In this document: positions 1 to 9,886 of the stretch, piece by piece
Position numbering within the stretch: position 1 is the first letter of the stretch
Layout of the letters: every line of letters starts with the position of its first letter
Origin: an uncultured Gemmatimonadaceae bacterium
Lineage (GTDB): Bacteria; Gemmatimonadota; Gemmatimonadetes; Gemmatimonadales; Gemmatimonadaceae
Reading direction: 5' to 3'
Assembly: GCA_963751275.1 (NCBI GenBank)
Contig: CAVVTZ010000013.1
Span: forward strand, 1 to 55,177
Length of the DNA: 55,177 bases
Made by a program: the position numbers and the translations under genes
The notes under the pieces: generated by a model
What the model was told of the DNA's origin: nothing
Seen by the model: the letters and a program-made list of their open reading frames with translations, nothing else
Database searches by the model: none

Positions 1-106
1 CTACGCCACCCGCCCGTCGAGACATCTCCGACATGCCAACGTCTTGTCGCCAACCCGAGCCGGACTCGTCCGTCGTGCGTCAGAGATTGACCTGAATGGA
101 GCAGGG

Positions 107-520
107 TTAATCAGAGGACGCGCCGCTCTCTTCCTCCAACCAGCTGAAGTCCACGCTGGCGGCCGCGATGTTGAAATCGGACAAGTAGTCGTGAATGAAG
201 ATGGATACGCGAGCACCTCGGACCCCACGTCCTTGATCAAGAGCGGCGGAACCCAGTCGAGGCTCGACCGGCGATAGGAGAAATCCAGACCTGCTGGGTG
301 CCTGAACGGAAGTTCGCGCTTTGGTGCTTCGAAGGCGAAGAACGCGACCCCTGAGAAGACGAGCAGCCCTCTGCGCGTACCGTTCGAGATCCGAACCGGC
401 CCCGACCCATGCTCTTATTCGCAGCGTCACCCGGACGCCCTCGAAGTCAAACGTGAGTTGTTCGATCTGCGCGTCGTGCAGACCGTTAGGAAGCGCTCGA
501 TCAACCTCTTCCAGCGTCAT
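107..520 (-). CDS. Hypothetical protein (LPNGLHDA motif), probably with compensating internal frameshifts
   Basis: ORF 107..550; likely start MTLEEVDRALPNGLHDA at 520; protein-like N- and C-termini with an Arg/Ser-rich off-frame middle. Confidence 0.55.
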   Translation of the reverse strand: MTLEEVDRALPNGLHDAQIEQLTFDFEGVRVTLRIRAWVGAGSDLERYAQRAARLLRGRVLRLRSTKARTSVQAPSRSGFLLSPVEPRLGSAALDQGRGVRGARVSIFIHDYLSDFNIAAASVDFSWLEEESGASSD

Positions 521-570
521 CTTCCGCTCTCCAGCAGCCGTGGTCCACACTACATGCGATCTTCGTCGGC

Positions 571-611
571 GTAGGGCGTGAGGCGTAAGGCGTGAGGCGT
601 GACGCGCCTAC
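571..611. repeat. Short GTAG...CTAC element with tandem heptamers GGCGTGA/GGCGTAA
   Basis: gtagggcgtgaggcgtaaggcgtgaggcgtgacgcgcctac read directly. Confidence 0.6.
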
Positions 612-1768
612 ATCCGGCGGGCCTTCACGAGGCGCTTCAGCAGCGCGTCGCTGTAGAGCGGCGACGTCGGGTCGAAGCTGTTCAGTTTCACCATCCCCGA
701 GCAGTGGATGAACAGCTTCCCGCCCAGGTAGATCCCGGTGTGCGTGATGCGCGTCACGCCGGGCCTGCGGGCCGAAGAACAGCACGTCGCCCCTGCGGAG
801 CTGCGCGAGGTCGTCGTCGAGCGGCACGGCCGCGCCCTGGTTCGCCTGCTGGTCGGCGTCGCGCTGCAGTTCGAGGCCGTTCAGCCGGAACACGGTCTTG
901 ACGAAGCCGGAGCAGTCGAACCCCCGGGCGGAGGTGCCGCCCCACAGGTAGGGCACGCCCACGAAGCGGCGCGCCGTCTGCTCGATGTTCTCGGGCGTGA
1001 CGGCGCGCGACGCCTTCCAGGCCCGGTAGTCGGTCGGCGTCCGCGCGGCTGACGAATCCCTTGCGCCCGTCGGCCAGTCCGCACGGGCGTCCAGGCGCCG
1101 GCCTGGCCGGTCGCCTCCAGCACGTCGCCGACGACGAGATCGGCCACCGCTGGGGCGTCGGCTGACGGCTGCTCCCTGACGAGCGCGAACAGGGACGTGA
1201 CGACGACGCGCGGCGAGCGCGCGAACGCGTCGGCCTGCTCGCCGGTCACGAGCGCCAGGTGGTCCGACTCCATCCATCCGAGGTAGCGGTCGTCGAGCGA
1301 CTGCACGTAGTACCAGCCGCCCTCCTTCTTGAGCAGCTTCACCACCATGCCGGCCAGGAGTTGGTTGGCCAGCTCCGAGGCGTGGGACGGCTTCGTCTTC
1401 ATCACCGCGACGCTGACCGTCACGATGCCCATCGGCTGCGAGGCCAGCTCCGGAGCGGGCAGGACGGCCACCTTGTCGACGACGCCGGCAAAGCCCGCGT
1501 CGCGAAACGCGGCGACGAGGGCCTCCTTCGCGGCCGGCTGGTCCACGTCGCCGGTCAGTTCGACCGACGCGCCCTCTCGTCTCCGCCTTGACGTCGAAGA
1601 CGGCGATGCGCGCGTCGGGCGCGAAGCGCGCCTTCACCGCCGTGACGATGTCGGCAGGGTTCGGCGGCGCCTGGGACTGGCCGGCGAGGCGCGGCGCGGC
1701 GAGCCGCGCCGACGAGACAGCAGGAGGACGAGGCAGAACGGAGCGGCGATTGAGGCGGGAGCATGCAT
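608..1768 (-). CDS. NlpC/P60 (C40) cell-wall peptidase with SH3b-like domains, YkfC-like; frameshifted
   Basis: [17 protein letters not shown] catalytic Cys motif; downstream GIYLG..LFIHCSG in another frame; SH3b-like [15 protein letters not shown]; stop TAG at 608-610. Confidence 0.85.
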
Positions 1769-1900
1769 GAAGGTCTCCCCTGGCGGAATCGCGCGAAGCA
1801 TAGCACAGGGGAACGGCCTCAGGCCGTCAGGCGCTCAGGGCGGCCAAGGCTACGTCAAGCTAAGGCGCGAGGCGCAGCCGGGAACGGTAGAATGCCCAGT

Positions 1901-3339
1901 GTGAAGACGCTGTCGGTGCGCGGCGCGAGCGAGCACAACCTCAAGGCGATCGACGTCGATCTGCCGCGCGGCGCGATCACCGTCGTGACCGGCGTGTCGG
2001 GCTCCGGCAAGTCGTCGCTGGCCTTCGACACGATCTGCCGCGAGGCGCAGCGCCGCTATCTCGAGACCTTCTCGTCGTACGCCAGGCAGTTCCTCGGGCG
2101 CATGGCGCGCCCGGCCGTGCGGTCGATCACCGGGCTGTCGCCGGCCATCGCCGTCGATCAGCGGACGACGGTCCGCAACCCCCGGTCCACGGTCGGCACG
2201 CTGAGCGGGCTGCACGACGACCTGCGCCTCCTGTTCGCGAGGCTGGGCACGCCGGTCGAAGGGGTTCGCCTCGAGCGGCGCCTGTTCTCGTTCAACTCGC
2301 CCGCACGGCGCCTGCCCCGCCTGCCAGGGCCTCGGCGTCGAGGATCGCCTCGACCCCGAGCTGATCGTCGCCGACCCCGCGAAGACCATCCGCCAGGGCG
2401 CGCTCGTCATCACGACGCCCACCGGCTACGTGATCTACTCGCAGGTGACCATCGACGTGCTCGACCAGGTGTGCCGCGCGCACGGCTTCGACGTCGACAC
2501 GCCGTGGCGGGACCTCACCGACGAGCAGCGCGCCATCGTGCTGAACGGGTCGGACCGAATCCGGATTCCCTACGGCAAGCACCCGCTCGCGTCGCGCCTG
2601 CGCTGGAGCGGCATCACCGCCAGGCCGAGCGAGGAAGGGGTCTACAAGGGCATCCTGCCGGTGATGGAGCAGATCCTCAAGCGGAGCCGGAACCGGAACA
2701 TCCTCCGGTTCGTCCGAAGCCTGCCGTGCCGCGCGTGCGGCGGGGCGCGCCTGAGGCCGGAGGCGCTCGCCGTGACGTTCCGCGATCGGCGACATCGGCT
2801 CGCTGTCCACGCTCCCGATCGACCTGCTCGGCGAGTTCCTGGGCGCGCTGGCGTTCGCGCCGGCCGAGGCGCCGGTCGGCGAGCCGATCCGGGCCGGGAT
2901 GCTCGCGCGCATCGACCTGCTGTCGCGCCTCGGGCTCGACTACCTCACGCTCGACCGGTCGTCGACGACGCTGTCGGGCGGCGAGGCGCAGCGGCTGCGC
3001 CTGGCGTCGCAGGTGGGCGCCGACCTCGGCGGCGTGCTCTACGTGTTCGACGAGCCGTCGGTCGGCCTCCACCCGCTCGAGCAGGACCGCCTGCTCGACG
3101 TCATCGCCACGCTGCGCGACCGCGGCAACACGGTCCTCGTCGTCGAGCACGACGAGGAGACGATGAGGCGGGCGGACTGGCTGATCGACGTCGGCCCCGG
3201 AGCGGGCGCGCACGGCGGGGAACTGCTCTACAGCGGGCCGGCCGCCGACCTCGTGGCCGCGGCGATCCGCCGCAGCCGGACGCGCGCGTTCCTGGCCGGC
3301 GACGAGCGGGTGCAGGTTCCCGCCACCCGTCGCGCGGGC
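1901..3339 (+). CDS. uvrA: UvrA-family ABC ATPase, N-terminal half only (truncated at a junction with acr3); frameshifted
   Basis: GASEHNLK, Walker [23 protein letters not shown], CxxC fingers, [30 protein letters not shown]; second ATPase module absent. Confidence 0.85.
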
Positions 3340-4325
3340 ATCGCGCGCGGCTTCCTCGTGCCGGGCGTGGCGGGCGCGCTCGAGCGGATGAGCGTCGGCA
3401 CGACGTCGATCCCGATCGCGGTCGGGCTCATCCTGATGATGTACCCGCCGCTCGCGAAGGTGCGCTACGAGGAGCTGGGCAAGGTCTTCCGCGACCAAGC
3501 GCGTGCTCGCGCTGTCGCTCGTGCAGAACTGGCTCGTCGGCCCGGTCCTGATGTTCGGGCTCGCGGTCTCTTCCTGCGCGACAAGCCGGAGTACATGCTC
3601 GGGCTCATCCTCATCGGCCTCGCGCGCTGCATCGCGATGGTGATCGTGTGGAACGACCTCGCGCAAGGGCGACACCGAGTACTGCGCCGGCCTCGTCGCG
3701 CTTCAACTCGATCTTCCAGGTGCTCTTCTTCTCGGTGTACGCCTACTTCTTCGCGACGCGTGCTGCCCGTCGTGGCTCGGGCTCGCGGGCGCGGTCGGTG
3801 AACATCACGATCGGCGAGATCGCGCAAGAGCGTGGCCATCTACCTCGGCATCCCCTTCGCGGCCGGCTTCCTCACGCGGCGGGTGCTCGTGTCGGCGAAG
3901 GGGCTCGACGTGGTACGAGACGCGCTTCGTGCCGCGGATCGGCCCGATCACGCTCGTCGCGCTGCTCTTCACGATCGTCGTGATGTTCTCGCTCAAGGGC
4001 GAGACGATCGTGCAGCTCCCGCTCGACGTGCTGCGCATCGCGGTGCCGCTGCTGCGTCTACTTCGTCGTGATGTTCGCGGTCTCGTTCTGCATGAGCAAG
4101 CGCGTGGGCACGACTACCGACGCAGTCGGCGACGCTCTCGTTCACGGCGGCGTCGAACAACTTCGAGCTCGCCATCGCCGTGGCGGTCGCGCACGTTCGG
4201 CATCCACAGCGGCGCGGCGTTCGCGGCGGTGATCGGCCCGCTCGTCGAGGTGCCCGGTGCTGATCGGCCTCGTGCACGTCGCGCTCTGGGCGCAGAAGCG
4301 CTACTTCCCTCTTCCGGTCACGTGA
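3334..4325 (+). CDS. acr3: ACR3-family arsenite efflux transporter lacking its N-terminus; many frameshifts
   Basis: [64 protein letters not shown]; stop TGA 4323-4325. Confidence 0.9.
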
Positions 4326-4332
4326 GGCCCGC

Positions 4333-4830
4333 ATGACGCCCCCGCCACGGCCACGCCCCTTCCGCCTGCTCTTCCTGTGCACCGGCAATTCCGCGCGAAG
4401 CCAGATGGCGGAAGCGATCCTGAACGAGCGGGGCGGCGGCCGCTTCGAGGCGCACAGCGCGGGCTCGCAGCCGGCCGCGCGCGTGAATCCGCTCGCGATC
4501 GACGCGCTGCGCCGCGCCGGCGTCGCCTGGCACGGCCATCCGCCGCGCACCGTGGCCGGACTCGAGCGCGAGCCGTGGGACTTCGTGATCACCGTGTGCG
4601 ACAAGGCGCGCGAGGCCTGCCCGATCTTCCCGGGTCAGCCGGTGCTCGCGCATTGGGGGATGGAGGATCCGGCCGAAGCGGAGGGATCGGACGAGGAAAG
4701 AGCCCGCGCGTTCAATGTGGCGCGCCAGCTGATCACGCGCCGGATCGACCTCTTGCTCGCGCTGCCGCTGGAGAAACTCGAACGCCTCGCCCTGGAATCG
4801 CGCGTGCGCGCGATCGGCACGGAGCGCTAG
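4333..4830 (+). CDS. arsC: Arsenate reductase ArsC (LMW-PTP / thioredoxin type)
   Basis: [16 protein letters not shown]-loop, [14 protein letters not shown]; follows acr3. Confidence 0.92.
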   Translation: MTPPPRPRPFRLLFLCTGNSARSQMAEAILNERGGGRFEAHSAGSQPAARVNPLAIDALRRAGVAWHGHPPRTVAGLEREPWDFVITVCDKAREACPIFPGQPVLAHWGMEDPAEAEGSDEERARAFNVARQLITRRIDLLLALPLEKLERLALESRVRAIGTER

Positions 4831-4833
4831 CGC

Positions 4834-5070
4834 TTATCCGTCGAACGGACGCTGGCCGCCGGGATTCGAGCGGCGCTGCTTGAGGACGACGAGCACCCAG
4901 CCATCCTGCCAGCGGTCGAACGGGAAATACTCACCGTTCGGTCCCGACAAACCTTTCCGGTCATCGCGCAGCACGCCGCGCGCGATGTGCTTCTTGTTCG
5001 CGTCCGTGATCAGAAGATCGGTCCCGGGCTCGAGCTGACTCAACTCCCATTCGGGGAACTGGCTGGTCAT
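4834..5070 (-). CDS. Small hypothetical protein (78 aa) downstream of a c-di-GMP riboswitch
   Basis: Intact ORF with globular composition; SD-like GAGAGG 8-9 nt upstream of ATG. Confidence 0.75.
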   Translation of the reverse strand: MTSQFPEWELSQLEPGTDLLITDANKKHIARGVLRDDRKGLSGPNGEYFPFDRWQDGWVLVVLKQRRSNPGGQRPFDG

Positions 5071-5100
5071 GGCCGTTTTCCTCTCTCAAGCAAGATGTCC

Positions 5101-5190
5101 GTTCGGCAGCCCAGCCGGCATGGCGCTCTCTCGAGCACCGAAGCCCCGTTGGCTTTGCGTCCCTGCCTTTCGACAGGTTTGCCGTTTCGC
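5101..5190 (-). ncRNA. c-di-GMP-I (GEMM-I) riboswitch
   Basis: Minus strand reads GGCAAA-CCTGTC-GAAA-GGCAGG-GACGCAAAGCC...GGGCTGCCG; matches the GEMM-I layout (GAAA-capped P2, GACGCAAAGC junction, 3' closing segment). Confidence 0.88.
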
Positions 5191-5323
5191 GGCCCTCGCA
5201 TGAGGACGCACTTAACTATGAGACGAGTCGCCGGCATTAGCGTAACCTTATTCGGAACGACACAGGCCGACTGTCGGGTGGCGGCTGTCGCCTGCGACTC
5301 CAACCGCGGCTAGCTTATCCACA

Positions 5324-6154
5324 ATGACCTCGCCCTCCTCGCCGCCGCCGCGGTCGCTGCTCGACCGGTTCATTCGCAGGTTCCAGTTCGTGAGCTACAT
5401 GACCGCCGTGCTCGCCCTCTATGCGATCGCGGCGTCGGCCATGGGGCTCGCGCTCGCGCCGGCGCTCTGGTTCCTCGATCACGCGGCGCTCTGGGCCGCC
5501 GCGCTGCCGGGGATCCTGGCCTGGATCGGGATCGGCTTCAGCGTGGCCCTGGCCTTCTTCATCACCGGCTTCTCGCTGCTGGTGGTCGTGCCCATCTACA
5601 ACTATCTGCTCCCCACGCGCGTCGAGCGATTCAAGGGCGCCTACTATACCATCGCGGCGCTGCCGTGGTTCATCCACAACGCGCTCTTCTACCTCGTGCG
5701 CTTCACCTTCCTGCCCTTCGTCACGCTCACGCCGTTCGGCCTCTGGTTCCTGAAGGGGATGGGGATGACGGTGGGCCGGAACGCGTACATCAACACCGAG
5801 CTCCTCTCGGATCCGCAGCTCATCACGCTGGGCGACAACGTGGTGATCGGCGGCAGTGCGACCATTTTCGCGCACTACGGCGGCGGCGGGAATCTCGTGA
5901 TCGAGCCGGTGGTCATCCACTCGGGCGCGACGATCGGCCTGCGCGTCACGGTCATGGGCGACGTGATCGTTGGCGCCGGCGCCACGGTGCTCCCGAATTC
6001 CGTACTCCTGCCGGGGTCGCGCGTCGGCGAGGGCGAAACGTGGGGCGGCGTGCCCGCGCGGCCGATCCCGCGCGAGGAGATGGACCGGCTGAAGGCGCTC
6101 ATTCGCGGCGTGCCGCTGCTGACGGCGCCGGACGGCGTCTCTTCGGGTGTGTAA
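5324..6154 (+). CDS. Membrane-anchored hexapeptide-repeat (left-handed beta-helix) acyltransferase-like protein
   Basis: Three hydrophobic segments, then ITLGDNVVIGG, VVIHSGATIG, VIVGAGATV repeats and WGGVPAR. Confidence 0.8.
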   Translation: MTSPSSPPPRSLLDRFIRRFQFVSYMTAVLALYAIAASAMGLALAPALWFLDHAALWAAALPGILAWIGIGFSVALAFFITGFSLLVVVPIYNYLLPTRVERFKGAYYTIAALPWFIHNALFYLVRFTFLPFVTLTPFGLWFLKGMGMTVGRNAYINTELLSDPQLITLGDNVVIGGSATIFAHYGGGGNLVIEPVVIHSGATIGLRVTVMGDVIVGAGATVLPNSVLLPGSRVGEGETWGGVPARPIPREEMDRLKALIRGVPLLTAPDGVSSGV

Positions 6155-6235
6155 CAGCGGAGACCTGCGACCGCGCTGAATCGTCGTTCCTGTGGACGAG
6201 TGTCACCAGATTCCGCCCGCCTTCCACCGGACGAG

Positions 6236-7087
6236 ATGCGCAAAGCGATCGCCGCCTTCGAACAGGAATTCTCGCAGTGGGGGCTGTCGCTCCCGGCGCA
6301 GGATATCGTCGATCGTCAAGCCGGCCACATGGAGCGGCATGGCTGGCGCGTCGACTATTCCTTCGGGACGGACGCGTTCGGCGAATATCTCGAATACCAC
6401 GCGCGGCGTGCGGTGGCCAACGAGCCGGTGATCGAGCGCCACGCGCGCGTCTATCACAACGGCGAACGGAACTTCGTGCCGGCGCCACCGGGCGCCGAGG
6501 CGGCGGCGAATCCCGTGTTCGTGCAACCGGATCCGAATGTCCAGCCCTCCGGTTCGACGCGCCGCCCGACGCTGCCGCCGTGGAAGGCGATGGTGGAAGA
6601 GGCGACGGGCGAACACCGGCATCCCAGGGCCGCTGCGAGCCGCGATCCCTCGCGTCCGGCCCGGCGCGCCGAGCGCACGCCGTTTCACGCCGAACCCAGC
6701 ACGCGATCGCACCATCGCACCCGCCCCACCGCCACCGCCTTCGCCATCGGCGCCGGCGCCGCGATCCTCGTCGCCGTCGCGCTCTCGCTCACCGTGCGCG
6801 CGGTGAAGCATCACCGCACGCTCGCCGCCGCGACCGCCGCGCCGCCCGACAGCCTCGCGCTCGATCCGGTCGTCGTCTATGCCCCCGCCGTGCTCGGCTT
6901 CGCCGTGGACAGCGCCGCGAGCCGCTTCACCCAGCCGCTCGTCGGCACGCGCAGCGCCGACCCCAATCGCGCCGAGATCGTGCGGCCGGAACATGGCATG
7001 ACCCCGATCATTCCCAGCGATCCGCATGTGAAGCGACATCCTGCGCCTGCCGCTACCAGTCGCGGGGGGAAGTTCCACGTCCCGTAA
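6236..7087 (+). CDS. Hypothetical protein with one transmembrane segment
   Basis: ORF 6200..7087, likely start MRKAIAAFEQ; TM AFAIGAGAAILVAVALSL. Confidence 0.6.
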   Translation: MRKAIAAFEQEFSQWGLSLPAQDIVDRQAGHMERHGWRVDYSFGTDAFGEYLEYHARRAVANEPVIERHARVYHNGERNFVPAPPGAEAAANPVFVQPDPNVQPSGSTRRPTLPPWKAMVEEATGEHRHPRAAASRDPSRPARRAERTPFHAEPSTRSHHRTRPTATAFAIGAGAAILVAVALSLTVRAVKHHRTLAAATAAPPDSLALDPVVVYAPAVLGFAVDSAASRFTQPLVGTRSADPNRAEIVRPEHGMTPIIPSDPHVKRHPAPAATSRGGKFHVP

Positions 7088-7267
7088 CTGCAACAGCGGC
7101 CGGCAGTCAACAGTCAACAGCCAACAGTCGACAGTGATGGCATGACGACGAATGGCATCACAGCAAAGCCGGCGCCCGAAGGGTGCCGGCTTTTTCGCTT
7201 ACTGTGAGCTGTTGACTGTTGACTATCGACTGGCGGTCACTCGTGACTGTTGACTGTTGACTGCAAC
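7087..7267. repeat. Family A heptamer (ACAGTCA/TGACTGT) palindromic element with central hairpin
   Basis: cagtcaacagtcaacag...ctgtgagctgttgactgttgactatcgactggcggtcactcgtgactgttgactgttgactgcaac; right arm nearly matches 40271-40336. Confidence 0.85.
7165..7195 (+). terminator. Intrinsic terminator-like hairpin within the element
   Basis: aaagccggcgccc-gaa-gggtgccggc-ttttt. Confidence 0.7.
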
Positions 7268-7362
7268 GTCGAATGCGCTGGTGATCTCGTTCGCGCAGAT
7301 GTTGACACCCACTTCGTGTCGGCGCATGCTCACCACGCCCGCCCTCCCTCGGAGCCCCCCGC

Positions 7363-7854
7363 ATGACCTGCAAACACTGCGGCAAAGAGATCTCGGCGAA
7401 CGATAAGATCTGCCCCTATTGCCACGAAGACCTCGTCAAGAACGCCGGGAAGGAAAAGACCTCCGCCGGCGCGAAGATCATCGTCGGCTGCGCCTTCGCG
7501 ATCGCGGGCGTCTTCGTCCTCGCCTTCCTCGCCGCGATCGCGATCCCGAAATTCGCGAACACGAAGGAGAAAGCCTACGTCGCCTCGATGCGGCAGAACC
7601 TGTTCGACCTCCGCACCGCGGAGGAGAACTATCGCGCCACCCACGGCGCCTACACGAACGACCCGGCGATCGTGAAGACGAGCGGCATGAACACGCTCGG
7701 CATCACCAAGGCCTCGGCATTGGGGTGGGCCGCGATGGTCACGAATCCCGGCACCGCCATCCTGTGCCGCATCGGCGTCGGCCCTGATTCGATCCCGAAC
7801 GTCGGCGACGGCGTCGTACAATGCCTCACACCGGACGATCTCAAGGCCAAGTAG
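7363..7854 (+). CDS. Zinc-ribbon / type IV pilin-like protein without a prepilin leader
   Basis: N-terminal CKHC...CPYC; TM; LAAIAIPKFANTKEKAYVASMRQNLFDLRTAEENY pilin-like helix; C-terminal Cys pair. Confidence 0.75.
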   Translation: MTCKHCGKEISANDKICPYCHEDLVKNAGKEKTSAGAKIIVGCAFAIAGVFVLAFLAAIAIPKFANTKEKAYVASMRQNLFDLRTAEENYRATHGAYTNDPAIVKTSGMNTLGITKASALGWAAMVTNPGTAILCRIGVGPDSIPNVGDGVVQCLTPDDLKAK

Positions 7855-7863
7855 CACGAAAAC

Positions 7864-7962
7864 AAACCGGCGCCCAGAGGGCGCCGGTTTCACGTTCGCT
7901 GCCGACTGTCGACTGTAGACTGTCGACTGTCGACTGGATCACTGTTGACTCTTGACTGCAAC
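7864..7962. repeat. Hairpin plus family A heptamer arm
   Basis: aaaccggcgccc-aga-gggcgccggttt followed by GACTGTC-type heptamers and gactggatcactgttgactcttgactgcaac. Confidence 0.85.
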
Positions 7963-7992
7963 GCCGGATGCTCTCATGGCATCCCCCGCCGT

Positions 7993-9153
7993 CTATTTCC
8001 GCTTCGGCCGCTGATCCGCCTTGAACAGGTACGCCGACTTCTCCACCCTCGCTCCCTTGGCATCACACACCGCGAATCGCCCGCCTTCATACGCACACGC
8101 CCCCGCATACTCCCCTTTCTTATTCACCGCATAGTAATTCAGATCGAAGTACGGCCGGCCGTTCGGATCCAGCAGCCGCGCCTCCGTCATCGCGATCACG
8201 CGCTCCATCACCTTCATCAGCGCCTGCTCCGGCGACATTCCTTGGCGCATGAACTCCACCGCCAGGAATCCGCCGCACACTTTGATGTTCGCCTCGCCGC
8301 GCCCAGTCGATCCGGCGGCGCCGACTTCGTTGTCGCAATACTGCCCCGCGCCCACGAGCGGCGAATCGCCCACCCGCCCCGGCAGCTTCCAGGCGAGCCC
8401 GCTCGTCGTCGTCACGCTCGCAATGTCGCCGCTGGCCGTCACCGCATCCATGTTGATCGTGCCGTAGGTGAACGGCACGCCGCGATCATCATAGCCCACG
8501 TGCGACAGCGGGTCCTCCGGCGCCGGCAGCATCGCACCGCGCGGCGCCGCGGAGTCGGGAACCTCCAGCCAATTGTCGTACGGATTGAGCCCCGCCTTCC
8601 ACTTGAGCCAATCCTTCCGACTCTTCTCCGTGAGCAGATTCTCTTCTTTGAACCCCATCTCCAGCGCGAACTGCTTCGCCCCCGGGCCCACGAGGAAGAT
8701 GTGATCGGTGTAATCCATGACCGCCTTCGCCACGAGCGATGGCGTCGCGAAGCCCTCCAGCGCACCCACCGCGCCGGCGCGTTTCGTGGGCCCATGCATG
8801 CACGACGCATCGAGCTGCACGACGCCTTCTTCGTTCGGCAGTCCGCCGAGGCCCACTGTCTGATCGTCCGGATTCAGCTCGACGATGTTCACGCCGGCGA
8901 GGATCGCGTCGAGCGGGTCGGCGCCCTTCGCCAGCAGGTCGTAGGCGACCTTGATCCCCTGCTTGCCGTTCGCATCGGTGGTGAGTCCGTTCGCCGCCGA
9001 GATCACGATGGGTCGCGTACCTGGCGCGGCGCGCAGGAGATCGGTGCGGTCGAACAGACTGATCGATGGCTGCGCGCCGGCCGGGCGCGGCAGCGCGAGT
9101 CCGGCGGCCGCGGCCGCGCCGGCGCCGAGGAAATGACGGCGGGAGATCGTCAT
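7993..9153 (-). CDS. Tat-exported N(4)-(beta-N-acetylglucosaminyl)-L-asparaginase / Ntn-hydrolase (asparaginase 2 family)
   Basis: SRRHFL Tat motif; VGLGGLPN, LDASCMHG, GTI nucleophile, TTSGLAWKLPGRVGDSP, STGRGE. Confidence 0.9.
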   Translation of the reverse strand: MTISRRHFLGAGAAAAAGLALPRPAGAQPSISLFDRTDLLRAAPGTRPIVISAANGLTTDANGKQGIKVAYDLLAKGADPLDAILAGVNIVELNPDDQTVGLGGLPNEEGVVQLDASCMHGPTKRAGAVGALEGFATPSLVAKAVMDYTDHIFLVGPGAKQFALEMGFKEENLLTEKSRKDWLKWKAGLNPYDNWLEVPDSAAPRGAMLPAPEDPLSHVGYDDRGVPFTYGTINMDAVTASGDIASVTTTSGLAWKLPGRVGDSPLVGAGQYCDNEVGAAGSTGRGEANIKVCGGFLAVEFMRQGMSPEQALMKVMERVIAMTEARLLDPNGRPYFDLNYYAVNKKGEYAGACAYEGGRFAVCDAKGARVEKSAYLFKADQRPKRK

Positions 9154-9199
9154 AGACACCTGGAGAAAGGAGACCCGCTGAGTCTACCGCCCGGCGAGT

Positions 9200-9692
9200 C
9201 TACCGGCTAGCCGGGAGCATCATGCACGTGCACGTCCCGTGCGCCACGAGCTTCCCCTTCCCGTCGAACGCGCGCCCCTCACTCGTCGCGCTGCGCTTCC
9301 CCGTATGGATCACATTCCCCTCGGCGCGCACGATCCCGCTCTCGATCGTGAGCGGCCGAATGAAGTGGATGTGCAGGTCGGTGGTCGCGTAGCTCATCCC
9401 CTTGCCGAGCGTGGACCAGAGCGCGCATCCCATGACCGTGTCGAGGAGCGCGCTCACCATGCCGCCGTGCGCGATGTTGAGCGGACTGTAGTGGAATTCC
9501 TCCACCTTCATCTCGAAAGCCACGCGCCCCTTCTCCGCTTGCACGCAGCGGAACCCGAGCAGCTCCGCGAACGGCGGCGGCGGGAGCGTGCCGGTGCGGA
9601 TCCCCTCCAGCATCTCGAGGCCGGTGAGATGCGTGGACTCGGCGAAGATCCTGGGGTCCTGCCAGGTGATCGTGCGGGGCGGCTTCGCTCAT
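9200..9692 (-). CDS. PaaI-family hotdog thioesterase (frameshift near start)
   Basis: AHGGMVSALLDTVMGCA; TATAAT 7 nt upstream of ATG 9692. Confidence 0.88.
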
Positions 9693-9730
9693 GACGGGGA
9701 TTATAGCGAATACCACGACGGAAGGCAGAT

Positions 9731-9794
9731 GTCGACTGACGACTGACGCCTACGAACCCGTCCCGCCGGCGTCAATCGTCAGTCGTCAGTCGAC
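9731..9794. repeat. Family B palindrome (TGACGAC heptamer arms, gacgcctacgaac core)
   Basis: gtcgactgacgactgacgcc-tacgaacccgtcccgcc-ggcgtcaatcgtcagtcgtcagtcgac. Confidence 0.85.
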
Positions 9795-9886
9795 GTCCCG
9801 AGTTGATATCCAATTGAGTCCCCGTTGACCCTCCCTCCCGTACCGTCCCCTCCGCGTGATCCAGAACCCTTCACCGGAGACGGACA

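Noticed and set aside
2899..3801. Novel functional UvrA-Acr3 (ATPase-coupled arsenite pump) fusion
   Set aside because: Both parts are truncated at the join and the region is error-dense; chimera or deletion is far more parsimonious
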